This document shows positions 31,223-48,111 of a DNA stretch of 64,000 nucleotides, in pieces. Each line of letters opens with the position of its first letter. The first letter of the stretch is position 1. The position numbers were made by a program, and so were the translations under genes. The stretch comes from the human T2T-CHM13v2.0 reference genome, Homo sapiens: assembly GCF_009914755.1 (NCBI RefSeq), contig NC_060942.1; one strand, written 5' to 3'. Under the pieces are notes generated by a model. It was not told the DNA's origin and did not search any database. It was given only the letters and a program-made list of their open reading frames with translations.

Positions 31223-31849
31223 AAAACTAGAATAATTAAATAGCATTGTAGCAGTGAAAAATGAAACTGATCAATGACACAAAAAAAGCCAAAAAACTGG
31301 ACCGAATATATTTACATTTTAATATGTGATTAAAATCACATCAATCTCAACTTAATGAGATAGAAAAATTATTCAATTAATCATGCTATGACAATAGATG
31401 CATTAAGGAATTCAATGTTAAAAAAGTAAATCGAGGCCGGGTGCAGTGGCTCATGCCTGTAATCCCAGCACTTTGGGAGTCTGAGGTCCAGGAGTTTGAG
31501 ACCAGCCTGGGTAATGTAGTGAGATCCTGTTGCTACAAAAAGTAAACATTTAAAAATTTAAAACCATGTAAAAGGCTTAAAAAAATTAAAACACGGAGAG
31601 GGGTAGGCCACTTCAGAAGCTTAAACGTTGTGGGAGAAATCCCACAGGAACATTTTAAACAATTACATAATTATGATAAATGTTTAAGTCCAAAAAAACC
31701 GCATTTTCCAAACAACAAAGGAAATAAATTACAAATTCAGAGATATATTCTAAGTAAATATGAAAGAAAAATAGTTCATATTTTATTCAGAATTCATTCA
31801 CATGGAACAAGAACAGACAATTTGCAATAGAGGACGTTTTTAAAAGCCT

Positions 31850-32340
31850 TTTAAAAAATTGTTCTAAAATACATAATACATAAACTACATAATATAAAAT
31901 TTACCTTTTTAGCCATTTCTAAGTGCACAGTTGAATGGCATTATGTACATTGACACTGTTGTGCAACCATCATCACCATCCACCTCCAGAACTTTCCATG
32001 TTTCTAAATTGAAACTCTGTACCCATTAAACAATAACTGCCATCCCCACTGCCCCTAGCCCCTGACAACCACCTTCCTACTCTCTGTCTCCGTGAATTTG
32101 ATTACTCATATACCTCGTATAAGTGGAATCACAAAATATTTGTCCTTTTGATGTCTGGCTTCTTTCACTTAGCGTAATGTCTTCAATGTCCATCCACATT
32201 GTAGCATGTGTCTGAATTCCCTTCTTTTGAAGGCTGAATAATATTCCTCTGTATACGAATCCACCACATTGAGTTTATCCATGCATCCATCAAAGGACAC
32301 CTGAGTCGTCTCCACCTTTTGCTACTGTGAATAATGCTGT
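31850..32340 (-). mobile_element. L1MB-like 3' end
   Basis: aagtgcacagtt..tggcatt, gaaactctgtacccattaaacaataact. Confidence 0.85.
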
Positions 32341-32834
32341 GGAAAAATAAATGGAATGCTTCCATCACTATCTTATTGCCAGTGGGAGCTAATTGCTCCC
32401 TTTTCTTAAAGACGTGATTATAGTTTGTCTTTTTTCCTTTCTTCTCCTTGATATTGGATGTGACCTTGTTGGCTGATGTACTAATGTCTCTAAGGTGCAG
32501 AACACTGAAACAGGATCTCAGCAGAGCTGGAGGAGCATGGGCCAGGCCTGTGATCTGGCTTTGGGGACTATGGCTTCGCGACGTGACTTTCACAGGCAGC
32601 TGCTGAGTCTAACTTGGGGTTATGTTTTTTGAGAGAGTGAGGGGTGCATAGGAGTTTAGGTCAGTTGTGTTAGGGGCGTTTCTAAACAGCTGGAGAAAGG
32701 GGTGTGTATGTAAAATATAGAAGGCTCTTTCTCAAGGTCTTTCTCCAGGGTCCATGTCTGAATGATTTTGTATAAACTGGACCAAGTAGTCTCCGTTTCT
32801 TTTGTAATTTTAAACTTGGAATGAAGAGACCCAG

Positions 32835-33490
32835 TGTGCAGTGAAGAATGAACCTTACTCAAAGAGAAGACTGGCCTTTGCCCTCAGCTACTGGGAGGTG
32901 GTTTCTAGGCCACTGGAATGTCCTGCCTTTGTCTGGCCGGAGGTTTTCACCACCAGACAGTCTACCAATGTGATTTATGATGGGGGATGTGGGCTACATA
33001 GGATGGATTCTGTCTCCAGAAGGGACTGGAGACTAAAGTTACCAGACTGATCTCCAGGAGGGGGTAGAGACTACAGGCCAGCCATGTGGTCAGTATGCTA
33101 TGCTATGGAGCACCAATGGAAACAGTAGGCACCCAGGCTCTGGCGAGCTTTCCTGGTTAGCCACACTCCATGTGCATTATTCCATCATGGCTGGAAGGAG
33201 CTCACCGTGCTCATAACAACACAGAGAGGATGGTCAGAAGCTCCACAGGCGGACCCCTTTCTGGACTCTGCCCCACGAGTCTCTGCCCTTGGCAGATCTT
33301 AATCCATTTCCTTTCTCTGTAAGAAATCATACCATGAGTATAACAGCTTTTGGTGAGCACTGTGAGTCCTTCCAGCTAGTGAATTATCAAAACTGAGGGT
33401 GGTTTTGGGAACACCCCCCCAAACTTTCAACTGGTGTCAGAGTAAGGACAGTCTCTTGTGGGGACTGTCCTCTCTAATTGCAGTGGTTAA
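32835..33490. mobile_element. LTR element (MER21-like, tentative)
   Basis: Motifs ggcctttgccctcagctactgggagg and tgtgagtccttc..gaattatcaaaactgagggtggt. Confidence 0.55.
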
Positions 33491-34672
33491 GTGTGCACCC
33501 TGCTTCTGGAAGTCAATGTTGCTGAGTCTCACAGAGGGCGACTCTCTATGGAGAAGCCCACAAAGCCTGCTGCTGGGGTGCTCAGAGCTGCCCTCATGTC
33601 TCCACTTTCTGCTTCTCTCTTCCTATGATTCTGTACTTATCCAGAGCTTCCCAATAAATTATATACTTTCTTAAGCTGTCCCAAATTGGGTTCTGTTATC
33701 TGCAACTAAAATATTCTTAACTGCTCTGGATACATAAAGGGACAGAAATGATGTGTAAAGGGACAGCACCAAGCATTTATCCTGCCTCCCTAATGAACTG
33801 TATTTCAGAGTGAACAGTTGATGGGAGAAGTGCTTCTTTTTAAAATAAAATTATTTATGGTTTTTAATAACAGAGACGGGGTCTCAATATGTTGCTCAGG
33901 TTAGTCTTAAACCCTGGGATAAAGCAATCCTCCAGCCTCAGCCTCCCAAAGTACTGGGATTACAGGCGTGAGACACCACACCTGGCCAAAGAAGTTCTTC
34001 TTTATAGAAGAATCAAAGTTAATCATTGCAGGGGATGTGAGGCAGATAGAATTTGAAAATTACCATGTTACCTCTGCTAATGAAATAGTAGATAGAGGCA
34101 ATGATGAAGCCTGTCTTCTAAAGCCGGTAGGTGAACAGGCAGTGGGGAACAGGTCAGGCTAACGACAATGAACCACTAATTGTCAGACAGACAAGAAGGC
34201 ACTTCCTCATGAGATGCAATAGGAACTACAAGCACCATCTTTGAAGTATTTTTGTCCCCAACCAAAATGAACCTGAATAGAGTACCAACAAACCTCCAAA
34301 TCCAACTATCCATTTCCAGGAAATACGAAGAGCATATTAAACAACCTACAAGAATATAATCAACCAAATCCAGATTGGGAGAAATTCTACAGAAAAATTG
34401 TCCAGATGTCTTCAACAAATGGCAGGTATAAAAAGGAGAGGAGAGGAAAATTGTTAAAGACTACAGGAGTCTTGAGACCATTCATCAGCTACATTGTCTG
34501 GACCCAGTTTGAGTCCTGATTTGAACAAACTGATTAATAAAAAACATTTATAAGACAATCAGGGATATTTACACATTGGCTCTATATTCAATATTATTAA
34601 ATAACCTTTTTAAAAAGAGAAGACTATGCATGGTGGTTAGGTTTTTTTTAAAAAAAGAATTCTTATTTCTTA

Positions 34673-35012
<340 letters not shown>

Positions 35013-35319
35013 AAGAAATGCTATGTTTTCTGGAGTGACTGAAATATTTGAATTGAAGGGGAGGGATGTGTTTGATGGGTGGTATAGATAAAATAAGATT
35101 GGTCAAATATTGATGTAATTGTTAAAGCTGAGTGACATGAAGTCATCATTCTCTTCCACATGCAAAATCTACTTTTGTGTATGTTTGAACATTTTCACAA
35201 TAAAAAATAGTATTGGGAAGAAAAGGTATATATCTCACCCTATTCTGGGATAAGTAGGCCTTAATTGTAAAAACTGAAACCAGAAAAGGAAGAAACCATG
35301 GGAGAATTGTTTTTGCAAT

Positions 35320-36110
<791 letters not shown>

Positions 36111-36349
36111 TGTTTTTGTAATTTCAAACTATGTCAGGGTTCTCTCAGAATGACTGACTTTGTATTAGTCTTCTAATGTAACTGTCTTCCACTGGTTAAT
36201 ATTTTATTAATACTTCACTGCTATCATACATGACAGGTGTCAGTTTATTTTTCTGTGTTTTTGTCAGGTTTTTATGTTAGTGTTAGGGTATCTTTTAATG
36301 AAATGAATTGTTTCATTTTCCATTTTTTTCCTTTTTTAGGGGAGAGTTC

Positions 36350-36815
36350 TCTTATTAGTCAGGGTTCTCCAGAGAAACGGAACCAATAGAATACATAGAG
36401 CCCAAGAATTGGGTCTTGAGATTATGGAGGTCCTAAAATCCCCTGATCTACCATCTGCAGGCAGAGAACCAGGAAGACCTGTGCTGTATTTCAGGGGAGG
36501 CAGTCATGTAAGTTCCAGTTCAACTCTGAAGGCTCAAGAACCATGAGTGCGGATGGCTGAAGGCAGCAGGAGATGGAGGTCCCAGCTCAAACAGGAAGCA
36601 AATCCACCTTCCTTCCTCTGCCCTTCTTGTTCTATTCAGGCCTTCAATGGATTGGACAATGCCCCCTCATGCTGGGGAGGGCCAACTGCTCTACTCAGTG
36701 TAGTTCACATGGTACCCTCCTCCAGAACACTCTCACAGACACCCAGAAGTCATGTTTCACCAGCTATCCAGGCAACATTCAGCACAGTCAGACTGACGCA
36801 GAAAATTACCCAGCA
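36350..36815. mobile_element. MLT2-type solo LTR
   Basis: tattagtcagggttctccagagaaac..aaaattacccagcaca. Confidence 0.85.
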
Positions 36816-37019
36816 CATCCTCCACCGACTTGTTCATTTTTGTTTCTAGCAGTGTTGTTGTTGAGGCTTTTTTACCCCCTTTTTCTCGTTTACTATGATG
36901 ATAAACTGTTGAGTTTTTACTCAATATGCTTCAATCTTCTCTTCAAGCTAGTTCCTGTGTCCTTTGGCGTTAACCTTGTAGTCTCAGAGATTTCTTGCTT
37001 TCTGATATAAGAGATTCAG

Positions 37020-37968
<949 letters not shown>

Positions 37969-38109
37969 TTAGAGACCACAAAATGAATGCTAGATATACT
38001 TACTGCTACTGTATTGTCATGGCTTCTAGGCCTCTCAAGCTTTCAGAGCTGGGAAAAGCCTATTAATTTTTTTTTTCAAAAGGGATATACATCATGAGTT
38101 CATACTTAC

Positions 38110-38412
38110 TTTTTTTTTTCTTTTTGAGATGGAATTTCACTCTTGTCACCCAGGCTGGAGTGCAATGGCACTATATCGGCTCACTGCAAACTCCGCCTCT
38201 TGGTTTCAAGTGATTCTCCTGCCTCAGCCTCCTGAGTGGCTGGAAATACAGGCGCCCACCACCATGCCCAGCTAATTTTTTTTGTATTTTTAGTAGAGAT
38301 GGAATCTTGCTATGTTGCCAAGGGCTGGTTTCAGACTCCTGGCCTCAAGTGATCCTCCTGCCTTGGTCTCCCACAGTGCTGGGATTGCAAGCGTGGGCCA
38401 CCACACCCAACC
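38110..38412 (-). mobile_element. Alu
   Basis: Reverse Alu consensus. Confidence 0.93.
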
Positions 38413-40368
38413 CATACTTTTCAATTCAAATTAAATATTTCATGGTTTTTATTTTGTAATTTTATATTTATATCTTTTCCCTCTTACATCATATAGCTTG
38501 GTTCCTAATAAAATTAACTTAATTATTTCATATGTAGAGATAAAGATAAATAGATTACGTGTCCATGTGTGTGTGTGAGCACACATGAATGTATATAATG
38601 GTGGCTTAATAATGTGTCAATTTGGTTAAACAGAACTACATTTTCCAGAATTCCCTTCCTGGTAGACGTTTGGTTAGAGTTGGACACAGGGAAATTTGTG
38701 AGATTTGAAAGGCAGCAGTCAAGAAGTAGCAGTGCTCACCCTCTGAATGTTGGGCTAGGCTAGGCCCTGTTGGAACTCATGGCATGTGCAGGCCTGCCGG
38801 CTCCTCTGTTGTGCAGACAGAGTCCGGAGGCAGAATCCTCCAGGCCCCAGGTGATCTCTTCCTGCAGCTTCTCCAAGTTCTGGGCCAGGTGTGAAGACAG
38901 GAGAGGTAGCAGTGGGGTGAGGCAAGGGAATTTCTGCTCGGCCCCATTTCACATGCATTTTTCCTTCCTGACCACGGCCTTATGACTTCAGGCTCAGTGT
39001 CAGGCGTAAAGAGCCAAACGGAGGCTGTCTAGCCAGCTCCCACAACTGTGTAATGTCAAATCCCTTTAGGAATCCTTCATGCTCTATTATTTCTAGCGAT
39101 TCTGCTTCTCTGATTGCATCCTGGCTAGTATTTACGTATATACATCATACATACAATGTGTATATCTTTCTGTGTGTATGAAATAATTTTAAAATATCAA
39201 TACTAACATTACTACTAATATCAACATAATTTAAGATTTCCTTGTGATTCTTTTTGTCTCCAACACAATATATTTAGATAAAACATCTTTCCTCCCTGAT
39301 CTGAAATGTTGCTTATGTCTTATACTAAATTTCTATATTTCTTTTGGTCTAGTCTGGACATGATGTTCCAGATGATCTTCTTTTTATTCATTTTTTTTTT
39401 TAAAGGCAGCATCTCACTCTGTTGCCCAGGTTGGAGTGTGGTAGCACAGTCATGGTTCGCTGCAGCCTTGAACTCCTGGACTCAAGTGATACTCCCTCCT
39501 TAGCCTCCCAAGTAGCTGGGACTACAGGTGCATGCCACCATGCTTGGCTGATTTTCGTATTCAAGTGTCAGTACCACACAATTTTAATCACTGTAGCTTT
39601 AAAATATATTAAAATATCTGATAGGGCCACTCTCCTCTTATACCATTTTTTTAAGATTTTGTCTGACCTTTATTGTTTGTTTGTCCTTCCTATGAAATTT
39701 AGAATTCATCAGTTTACTTTTAAAAATCCTGTTGATAGTTTTATTGGTAACATCAGTTTTGATCACTTATATTTTCTTAGAAAATTATCTATTCCACACA
39801 CAGTAAATGTTTTTTTCACCAAAATCTCACTTATTAACTTACTGTTTAACAACAAATGTATGTTGACTCTCCTCTTGTTTTCTTGGTAACATTTGTACAC
39901 AAATTGTCTATTTTCTTCAGCGAACCAGCTCTTGGATTTGTCTACCAAATGTGTTGTTTTATGTTTTCTAATTTATCCATTTTTTGCTCTTGACTTTATA
40001 ATTTTTTCCCTTTGTTCCTTTTAGGAAAAAATAAATTAGAAGAAAAAAATCATTGTATATAAGAAATACCTGTTTTCAATGTAAATGAAGGTTTTGTTTT
40101 TCATTTATTCACTGAATAATTTTTAAAGCCTCCATGTTCTGAATTTGGTACTAGCCAGTAAGAAAATAAAAATATCCTTTATATAGGGAAATAGAAATCA
40201 TTCCAGCATATAAATGCTATCAGAGTCTCAGGAATGCTTTTCTGGAACATTCCAAAGCTGAATTGGCAGGCTCTGGCTTTTCTCTGGCTCGCATCCTCAC
40301 CACCTGGATGGTTTCCCTAGTTATGATCTCCCTACCCATAATGGAACAAGAGTTCTTAGAACTGGGGT

Positions 40369-40689
<321 letters not shown>

Positions 40690-42851
40690 TTAATCATTCA
40701 CCTGCATTGACCTGAGATGCCTTAGTCATGGTTAGTTCTCCCACACTTGTTCTTCAGAAACCTCTGAAACCACACCCTTGTGAGGTAAGAGGCCTTCCAG
40801 TCAACAAGTCATGCAGTTCTCTAGCTACCAGGGAAACCTGATTAGATACTAATAACAGGAACCTCTCGGCCAGATGGCATCCACTCACCTCTGTGCAGGG
40901 GTCAGGCATTTTAGTGTGCACTTCCTCAAACAGTCTAACCATTTCTCTTATGTGTTGTGCATGGTGTCAACCAGAACGAAAACTTCCCACTCTACAAGTG
41001 TATAAGGCAGTAAAAGATGCTGCTTTCACCTATGAGTTTCTGTAGCACACATGCTTCCTCTTCATGGCTTGATACCAGCACGGTGGATCCCACAAGGGCG
41101 TTTTAGCTTAGAGTCACTGCCCTCTAATGTTAGAGGTTAGAAATCACCCAGAGGCTGGTCCAACCTCTTTGCAAAGAGCAGATTGCTCAAGGACACAGGC
41201 ATCTGGGAGAAGAGGGTGGTTACACACCCTTATTCCCAACACTTGCCATTCCCATCATGCCCCATATTTCTCATCTGTCAAAAACAGGAAGCAATAGCGT
41301 TATTGAATACTATTAGTGTGAGTACTAAAGAAGAAAATATATAATGTGCTTAGTGCAGTCACTATACAAAATTTAGGAAGTGTAGGCTTAAAAAATATTT
41401 TATTAAAAATGAGGTTTCACTGTGTTGCTCAGGTTGCACTAGAATTTCTGGGCTCAAGGGATCCTCCCACCTCAGCCTCCCACGTAGCCGGGACTCCAGG
41501 CACAACACCATGCCCTGCAGTGTAGGCTTACATTTTAAAAAACGTTTCATCTGGAATCTTCAACACTTCAATAGTCATGGTGTCCCTGTGTTCCTAGAAC
41601 CAGATGGTAAAGAAAATAGAACAGTCTTGGGTTGCAAAAATTTAGGTATTTATCTCAGAAAACCAATGAGCTGGCTACATTTTTTTCTGCCTAAAAAATG
41701 TTCAGAGGTAGCAATCTGGCTGTAATCAGAGATGTATTTCATAGCAAACTTAGAGTTTTTACTTGGATATCATGTTAACTTGCATAGCATCTAAAACAGC
41801 ACAGATTTTTATTCAATTTGCATAATATTGAGAAAAAGGTCAACTTTCCATACAAAAAATATCATTTTTGTGGATTACCGCTGGGAGGTGCTATGAAGGT
41901 AACGGTAGTTAAAGCCCTCTCTGGAATTCTTTTCTTCCACTACTGAACATCTTTGTGGTTTCTCTTAAAACAATTCAAAGCAGCAAACGTTTTTAACCAA
42001 AGCTTTAAATAAATTAAGCCCTGGGCCATTTTACAACTTATTTTCTACTCTCCCGCCTTCCAGCATGAGCTTAACAAGAAAATTTCAGTATCGAGTTCAG
42101 AGAGTTTTTACCGTGGTGTATCCTCTGGTGACCTTTCAGTATTCATCTGACATTAAGCAATTGGAAGTCCTTGTCTGAACCAAGGATCGGTGGACTTTTT
42201 GGCACCAGGAGTTTTCCTCTTCAAAAATAATAGATGGGGCCACGGTCTATTGAAAATACATGGGGAAAAATGAAGTCCCCCTAAAAATGAGAATGTTAGA
42301 TGCTAAAAAGAGATAAAAAAAACCTATCCAGATATGATAGGAAATAGTACTGGCTAAGGAGGACTTGAAATAGCTTTTGACTACCATCTTCTGCTCCTTA
42401 AACTGGTTACCCAGTGTGGCTCACCCCGATGTCGTTTGAATATCCTCTTTTTCCACATAGATGAGACTCCAAAAGAATGTGCAGTGAATGGACAATGCCT
42501 GTGCCTCTGCTTATGTTGAGACAATGACCAATGTTGGTTGCTTGTATTTGGAGCACAGTGAGGAGTGGGCAGTGGATTTGGCAGACGTAGCGCAATTTGT
42601 TTATCCATTCACCTGTTGAATTTGGGTTGTTTCCCATTCGGGGCAATTAGAAATAGAGTGCTCTGAGCATGTGCGTTTGTTTCTCTTGATAAATACCTCG
42701 GAGTGTAGTGTCTGTCTCATATGGCAGGTGAATGTTTAAGATTTTAAGAAAATGCCAAACTCTTTTCCAAAAGGGTTGTAACATTTTACATTCCCACCAG
42801 CAGTGTATGAGGATTCCAGTTGCTCTATATCTTCACCAGTACTTGGAATGA

Positions 42852-43046
<195 letters not shown>

Positions 43047-45162
43047 TAGTAGAAATGGGGTTTCTCCATGTTGGTCAGGTTGGTCTCGAACTCCCGACCT
43101 CAGGTGATCCATCTCAGCCTCCCAAAGTGCTGGGATTACAGGCGTGAGCCACCGTGCCAAGTCAGAATGATCAGTCTTAACTTTAGTCATTCTAATAGGT
43201 GGGTAGTGGAACCTTACTGGGGTTTTAATTTGCATTACTTTAATGTGTAGTGATGTTGAATATCTTTTCTATTGAATATTTGTTTGCTATTGATATCTTC
43301 TTTAGTGAATCTTTGTTCAGATCTTTTGTCCATTTTTAAATGTTTTTTCCTGAGTTTTGAAGGTTTTTATATATTCTACATACAAGCTATTTGTCAGATA
43401 TGACTTGCAAATATTTTCTCTGAGTCTGTAGCTTGGCTTTTCATTCACTTAACGCTGTCTTTTGAAGAGCAGAAACTTTAAATGTTAATAAAGTCTAATT
43501 TATCAGTTTTTTTAATAGGTCACGCTTTTGGTGTTATATCTCAAAATCCTTTGATTAACCCAAGATCAGATAGATTTTCTTCTATTGTTTTTCTAGAAGT
43601 TTAATACTTTTAGGTTTTGCATTTACATCTGATTCACTTTGAGTAATGTTTTGATTATGGTGTCAGGTATGGAACAAAATTCTTTTTTTTCCATATGGAT
43701 ATCCAGTTGTTTCTTAGGGGGAAAGAATTTAGTCTTTCACTATTAAGTATGATGTTAGTTGTCGGTTTTTGAAGATGCCCTTTATCAGGTTGAGGACATT
43801 TCCTTCTATTCCTAGTTTGCCAAGAGTTTTTAACAAGAGTGGCCGTGATATATTACTACTTGAAAGTGGACTGTGATGGGTTAAATATGTCAAGTTGGTT
43901 GATTGTGTTTTTCAAGTCTTCTATACACTTACTTTCTGTTTACTTGTTCTCCCAATTATGGAGAGAGGGTTGTAGAAATCTCTAACTATAATTGTAGATT
44001 TGTGAATTTCTCCCTGCAATTTTTAAAATATTTTTTGAGACAGGGTCTCCCTCTGTCGCCCAGACTGCAGTGCAGTAGTGCAATCTTGGCTTACTGCAAC
44101 CTCCACCTCCCAGGCTCAAGAGATTCTCCTGCCTCAGCCTCCTGAGTAGCTGGGATTACAGGTGCGCACCACTACTGCCTGGCTAATTTTTGTATTTTTA
44201 GTAGAGACAGGGTTTCACCATGTTGGCTAGGCTAGTCTTGAACTCCTGACCTCAAGTGATCCACCTGCCTCGGCCTTCCAAAGTGCTGGGATTACAGGCC
44301 TGAGCCACTGTGCCTGGCCCTCCCTGCAATTATATCAGTTTTCATTTCATATGTCTTTAAGCTCTGTTACTGTGTGCCTAAACATTTAGCATTATTCTTT
44401 TTATGAATTGATGCTTTTATCATTATGAAATGATCTTCTTTTTCCCTGGTAATATTTTATCTGAAATCTGCTTTATCTGGTACTAATATAGCCACTCCAT
44501 CTTTCTTTTGATTTTCATGGTGTATCTTTCTCCATTATTTTGCTTTTAACTCCTTGTGTTTATATACATAAAGTACTGTCTCTTATAGGCAGCATACAGT
44601 TGAATCTTATTGATTTTTTATTTTTTGAGACAGAGTCCTGCTCTGTCCCCCAGGCTGGAGTGCAGTAGCACCATCTTGGCTTACTGCAGCCTCTGCCTCC
44701 TGGGTTCAAATGATTCTCCTGCCTCACCCTCCCCAGAAGCTGGAATTATAGGCATGTGCCACCACGCCCAGCTAATTTTTGAATTTTTGGTAGAGATGCG
44801 GTTTTGCCATGTTGGCCAGGCTGGTCTTGGACTCCCAACCTCAGGTGATCTGCCCACTTTGGCCTCTCAAAATGCTGGGATTACAGGCGTAAGCCACCAT
44901 GAAGGGCCTTGAATCTTATTTTTTAATCCAATCTGAAAATCTTTGCCTTTGATTTAGGGTGTTTAGACCATTTACATTTAAAGTAATTGCTGAAATGATT
45001 TTATTAATGCTGTCATCTTGCCCTGTTTGGTATTTGACCCATGTTTCTTTATTCCTTTTTTCTTCTCTTCTGTCTTCCTTTGGTTTAGCTGAATACTTTT
45101 TATGATTCTGTTTTATCTTCTTTGTTGGCTTATTAGCTATAACTCTTTGTTGTGGTATTTAA

Positions 45163-45408
<246 letters not shown>

Positions 45409-45600
45409 TGACCTGAAGTGATCCACCTGCCTTAGCCTCCCAAAGTACTGGAATTACAGGCGTGAGTCACTGTGCCTGGCCAACTCTAAATTTTAGGGTT
45501 TATGGTATACATCTTTAACTTATCGCTATCTACCTTTAAGTAATATTATGCTATTCATGTATAGTATTACAATAGTATACTTCCATTTCTTCCTTCTTAG

Positions 45601-46976
45601 GCTTTTTTTTTTTTTTTAACTCTGGACTTTTTATTGGCCTCCTGCTCCCCAAAGGGTACCCTGCTGCTGCTGGCTTAATGCCTCAGAACTTTGGTGTCAT
45701 TGGTCTCAGACACCACTTTGCCATCCACTATCTGGCGGTTGGTGGTCTTTTGGATAGTTTGCATGGAGTTGCTGTTGTCCAGGGCATCACCAAGACTGAA
45801 GTCCTTACCATCTTCCAGCAGGCAGCGGTAGGTGGTGATCTCAGCCTCTAGCTTGCCCTTGATGTTCAGCAGGGCCTCTTACTCCTGGGCCTGGCGCTGT
45901 CCCTCTGCCCAGGTCTGTGCCAGCTCTGACTCCAGGTGCAGCAAGATCCCGTTGAGCTGTTTCATCTGTAGGGTGTAACGGGCCTCCACCTCCCTCAGGC
46001 TGTTCTCCAAGCTGGCCTTCAGATTTCTCATGGAGTCCAGGTCAATCTCCAAGGACTGGACTGTACGTCTCAGCTCCGTGAGTGTCGTGTCGCCTCAAAA
46101 GCTCCAACCTTGGCAGATGGCGTTGTGACCACTGTGGTGCTCTTCTCAATCGGCTGAGACCAGTACTTGTCCAGCTCCTTTCGGTTCTTCCGAGCTTGTC
46201 ATATTGAGCCCAGATGTCTGCCATGATCTTGGCAAAGTCCTGAGATTTGGGGGCATCTACCTCCACGGTCAATCCAGATCTGGCAGTCTGGGCTTGTAGG
46301 CCTTTTACTTCCTCTTCATGGTTCTTCTTCATGAAGAGCAGCTCCTCCTTGAGAGCCTCAATCTCTGTCTCCAGCTGCAGCCAAGTGACATTGGTATCAT
46401 TGATGACCTTGTGGAGCCCATGGATGTCACTCTTCACAGACTGGTGCATGGCCAGTTCTGTCTCATACTTGACTCTAAAGTCATCAACAGCAAGACGGGC
46501 ATTGTCAATCTGCAGCACGATGCAGGCATTGTCCACGGTATTTGCGAAGATCTGAGCCCTCAGGTCCTCGATAGTCTTGAAGTAACGGCTCCAGTCTCTT
46601 GACCTGGGGTCCCTTCTCCAAGTGCTCCCCGATTTTGCTCTCCAGCCTCCGGTTCTTGGTCTCCAGACTCCTCACTCCATCCAGGTAGGAGGCCAGACAG
46701 TCGTTCAGGCTTTGCAAGTTCTCCTTCTCGTTCTGGATGCCTCCCATTCCTGCCAGGCCCCCGGCCATTCCCACAGCCAGGCCCCCGGACCCCATGCCGC
46801 CCCAGAAGCTGGAGGAGTGGGACATAGAGATCCGGGAACCAGAGCCCCCGGCACCTGCATAGACGCTGGTCGTGCCTGGACGGAGCCCAGAAACCAGTAG
46901 TTGGTGGAGCGAGTGGTGAAGCTCATGCTGTTCCGGGAGGAGGGCGAGAGGACAGGACTCGGGCTTTGCCGAGGAC
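45601..46976 (-). pseudogene. KRT18P: Processed (retrotransposed) keratin 18 pseudogene, copy number/name not determined
   Basis: Intronless KRT18 mRNA copy: ATG at 46926 (MSFTTRST...), type I keratin rod peptides ([45 protein letters not shown]) split over different frames, TAA at 45677-45675, AATAAA at 45635-45630, poly(A) at 45617-45603, TSD TCCTTCTTAG at 45591-45600 and 46977-46986. Confidence 0.97.
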
Positions 46977-48072
46977 TCCTTCTTAGTTTTAATGCTGCTA
47001 TTGTCAAACATTTTGTTTTTATGTATGTTATATTTTCTACAATGCATTTTAAATAGTCATTTATCTTTAAATTATATTTAAATAATAACATATTATAAAT
47101 TTACTCATTTAATGAACCATACATGGTGCTCTTTATTCCTTTGTGTAGATCTGAATTTCTGCCTGTTATCAGGTTTGTTTTTTTTTTTTAAGTCAAAAGA
47201 ACTTTTTATTATGGAAAATTTCAGAGTAGATAAAAGTAGAGAGAACAGTATAGTGAACCATGCATCTATTACCTACTTCCAGTGATTACCAACACTTCGT
47301 ACTTTTTATATTTTCTGGCATGTGTATGTTTTATATATTAAAATAAATAGAAAAAAATATTAAAATAAAATACCATGTGCCTAAGCCATACTGCAGAACT
47401 ATGGAGATAAGTCCTTGGGGTCTGAGCCCAGGAATCAGCATTTTAACAAACTTCTGCTCCAGTTGATATAATTTTACTTTTGCCTGAAGACTTTCTTTAA
47501 TATTTCTTGTGTTGCATATGTGCTAGTGAAGATGTCTTTCAGCTTTTGTGTGTCTGAAAAGTTTTTATTTCATCCTTATTTTAAAAAGATAACTATCACC
47601 GTGTATAGAATTTTACGTTAATACATTTTTAACTTCAATTTGTTAAACATGTTACTCAACGTTTTTCTGGCTTGCATTGTTTATCACAAATAATCTGCTG
47701 TTCTTATCTTTGTTGCTTTTTGTAGATATGCCTTTTTTTTTCCTCTGGCTGTTTTTACCTTTTGCTCTTTATCTCTGGTTCTGATCAATTTTATTATGAT
47801 GTGCATTGATGGAGAAACCCAAGGTCACAAAGGTTTAGTCCTTCATATTTTCTTCTAAGAGTTTTATAATTTTAATTCTTACATTTCAGTCTATGATATA
47901 TTTTGAGTACATTTTTCTGTATTATGTGAAAAAAGGTCTGATTTCATCCTTTTGCATATGGATATGCAATTGTCTCAGCACCATTTGTTGAAAAGACTAT
48001 TCTTTCACCCTTGTGGAAAATCAGTTGACTGTAAATAAGGGTTTATTTTTTGACTTTGAATTCTAATCCATT

Positions 48073-48111
<39 letters not shown>

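Noticed and set aside
46505-47091. 180-aa and 128-aa ORFs reading from the flank into KRT18 sequence
   Set aside because: Chance read-through from L1 sequence into a frameshifted pseudogene; no promoter or splice support
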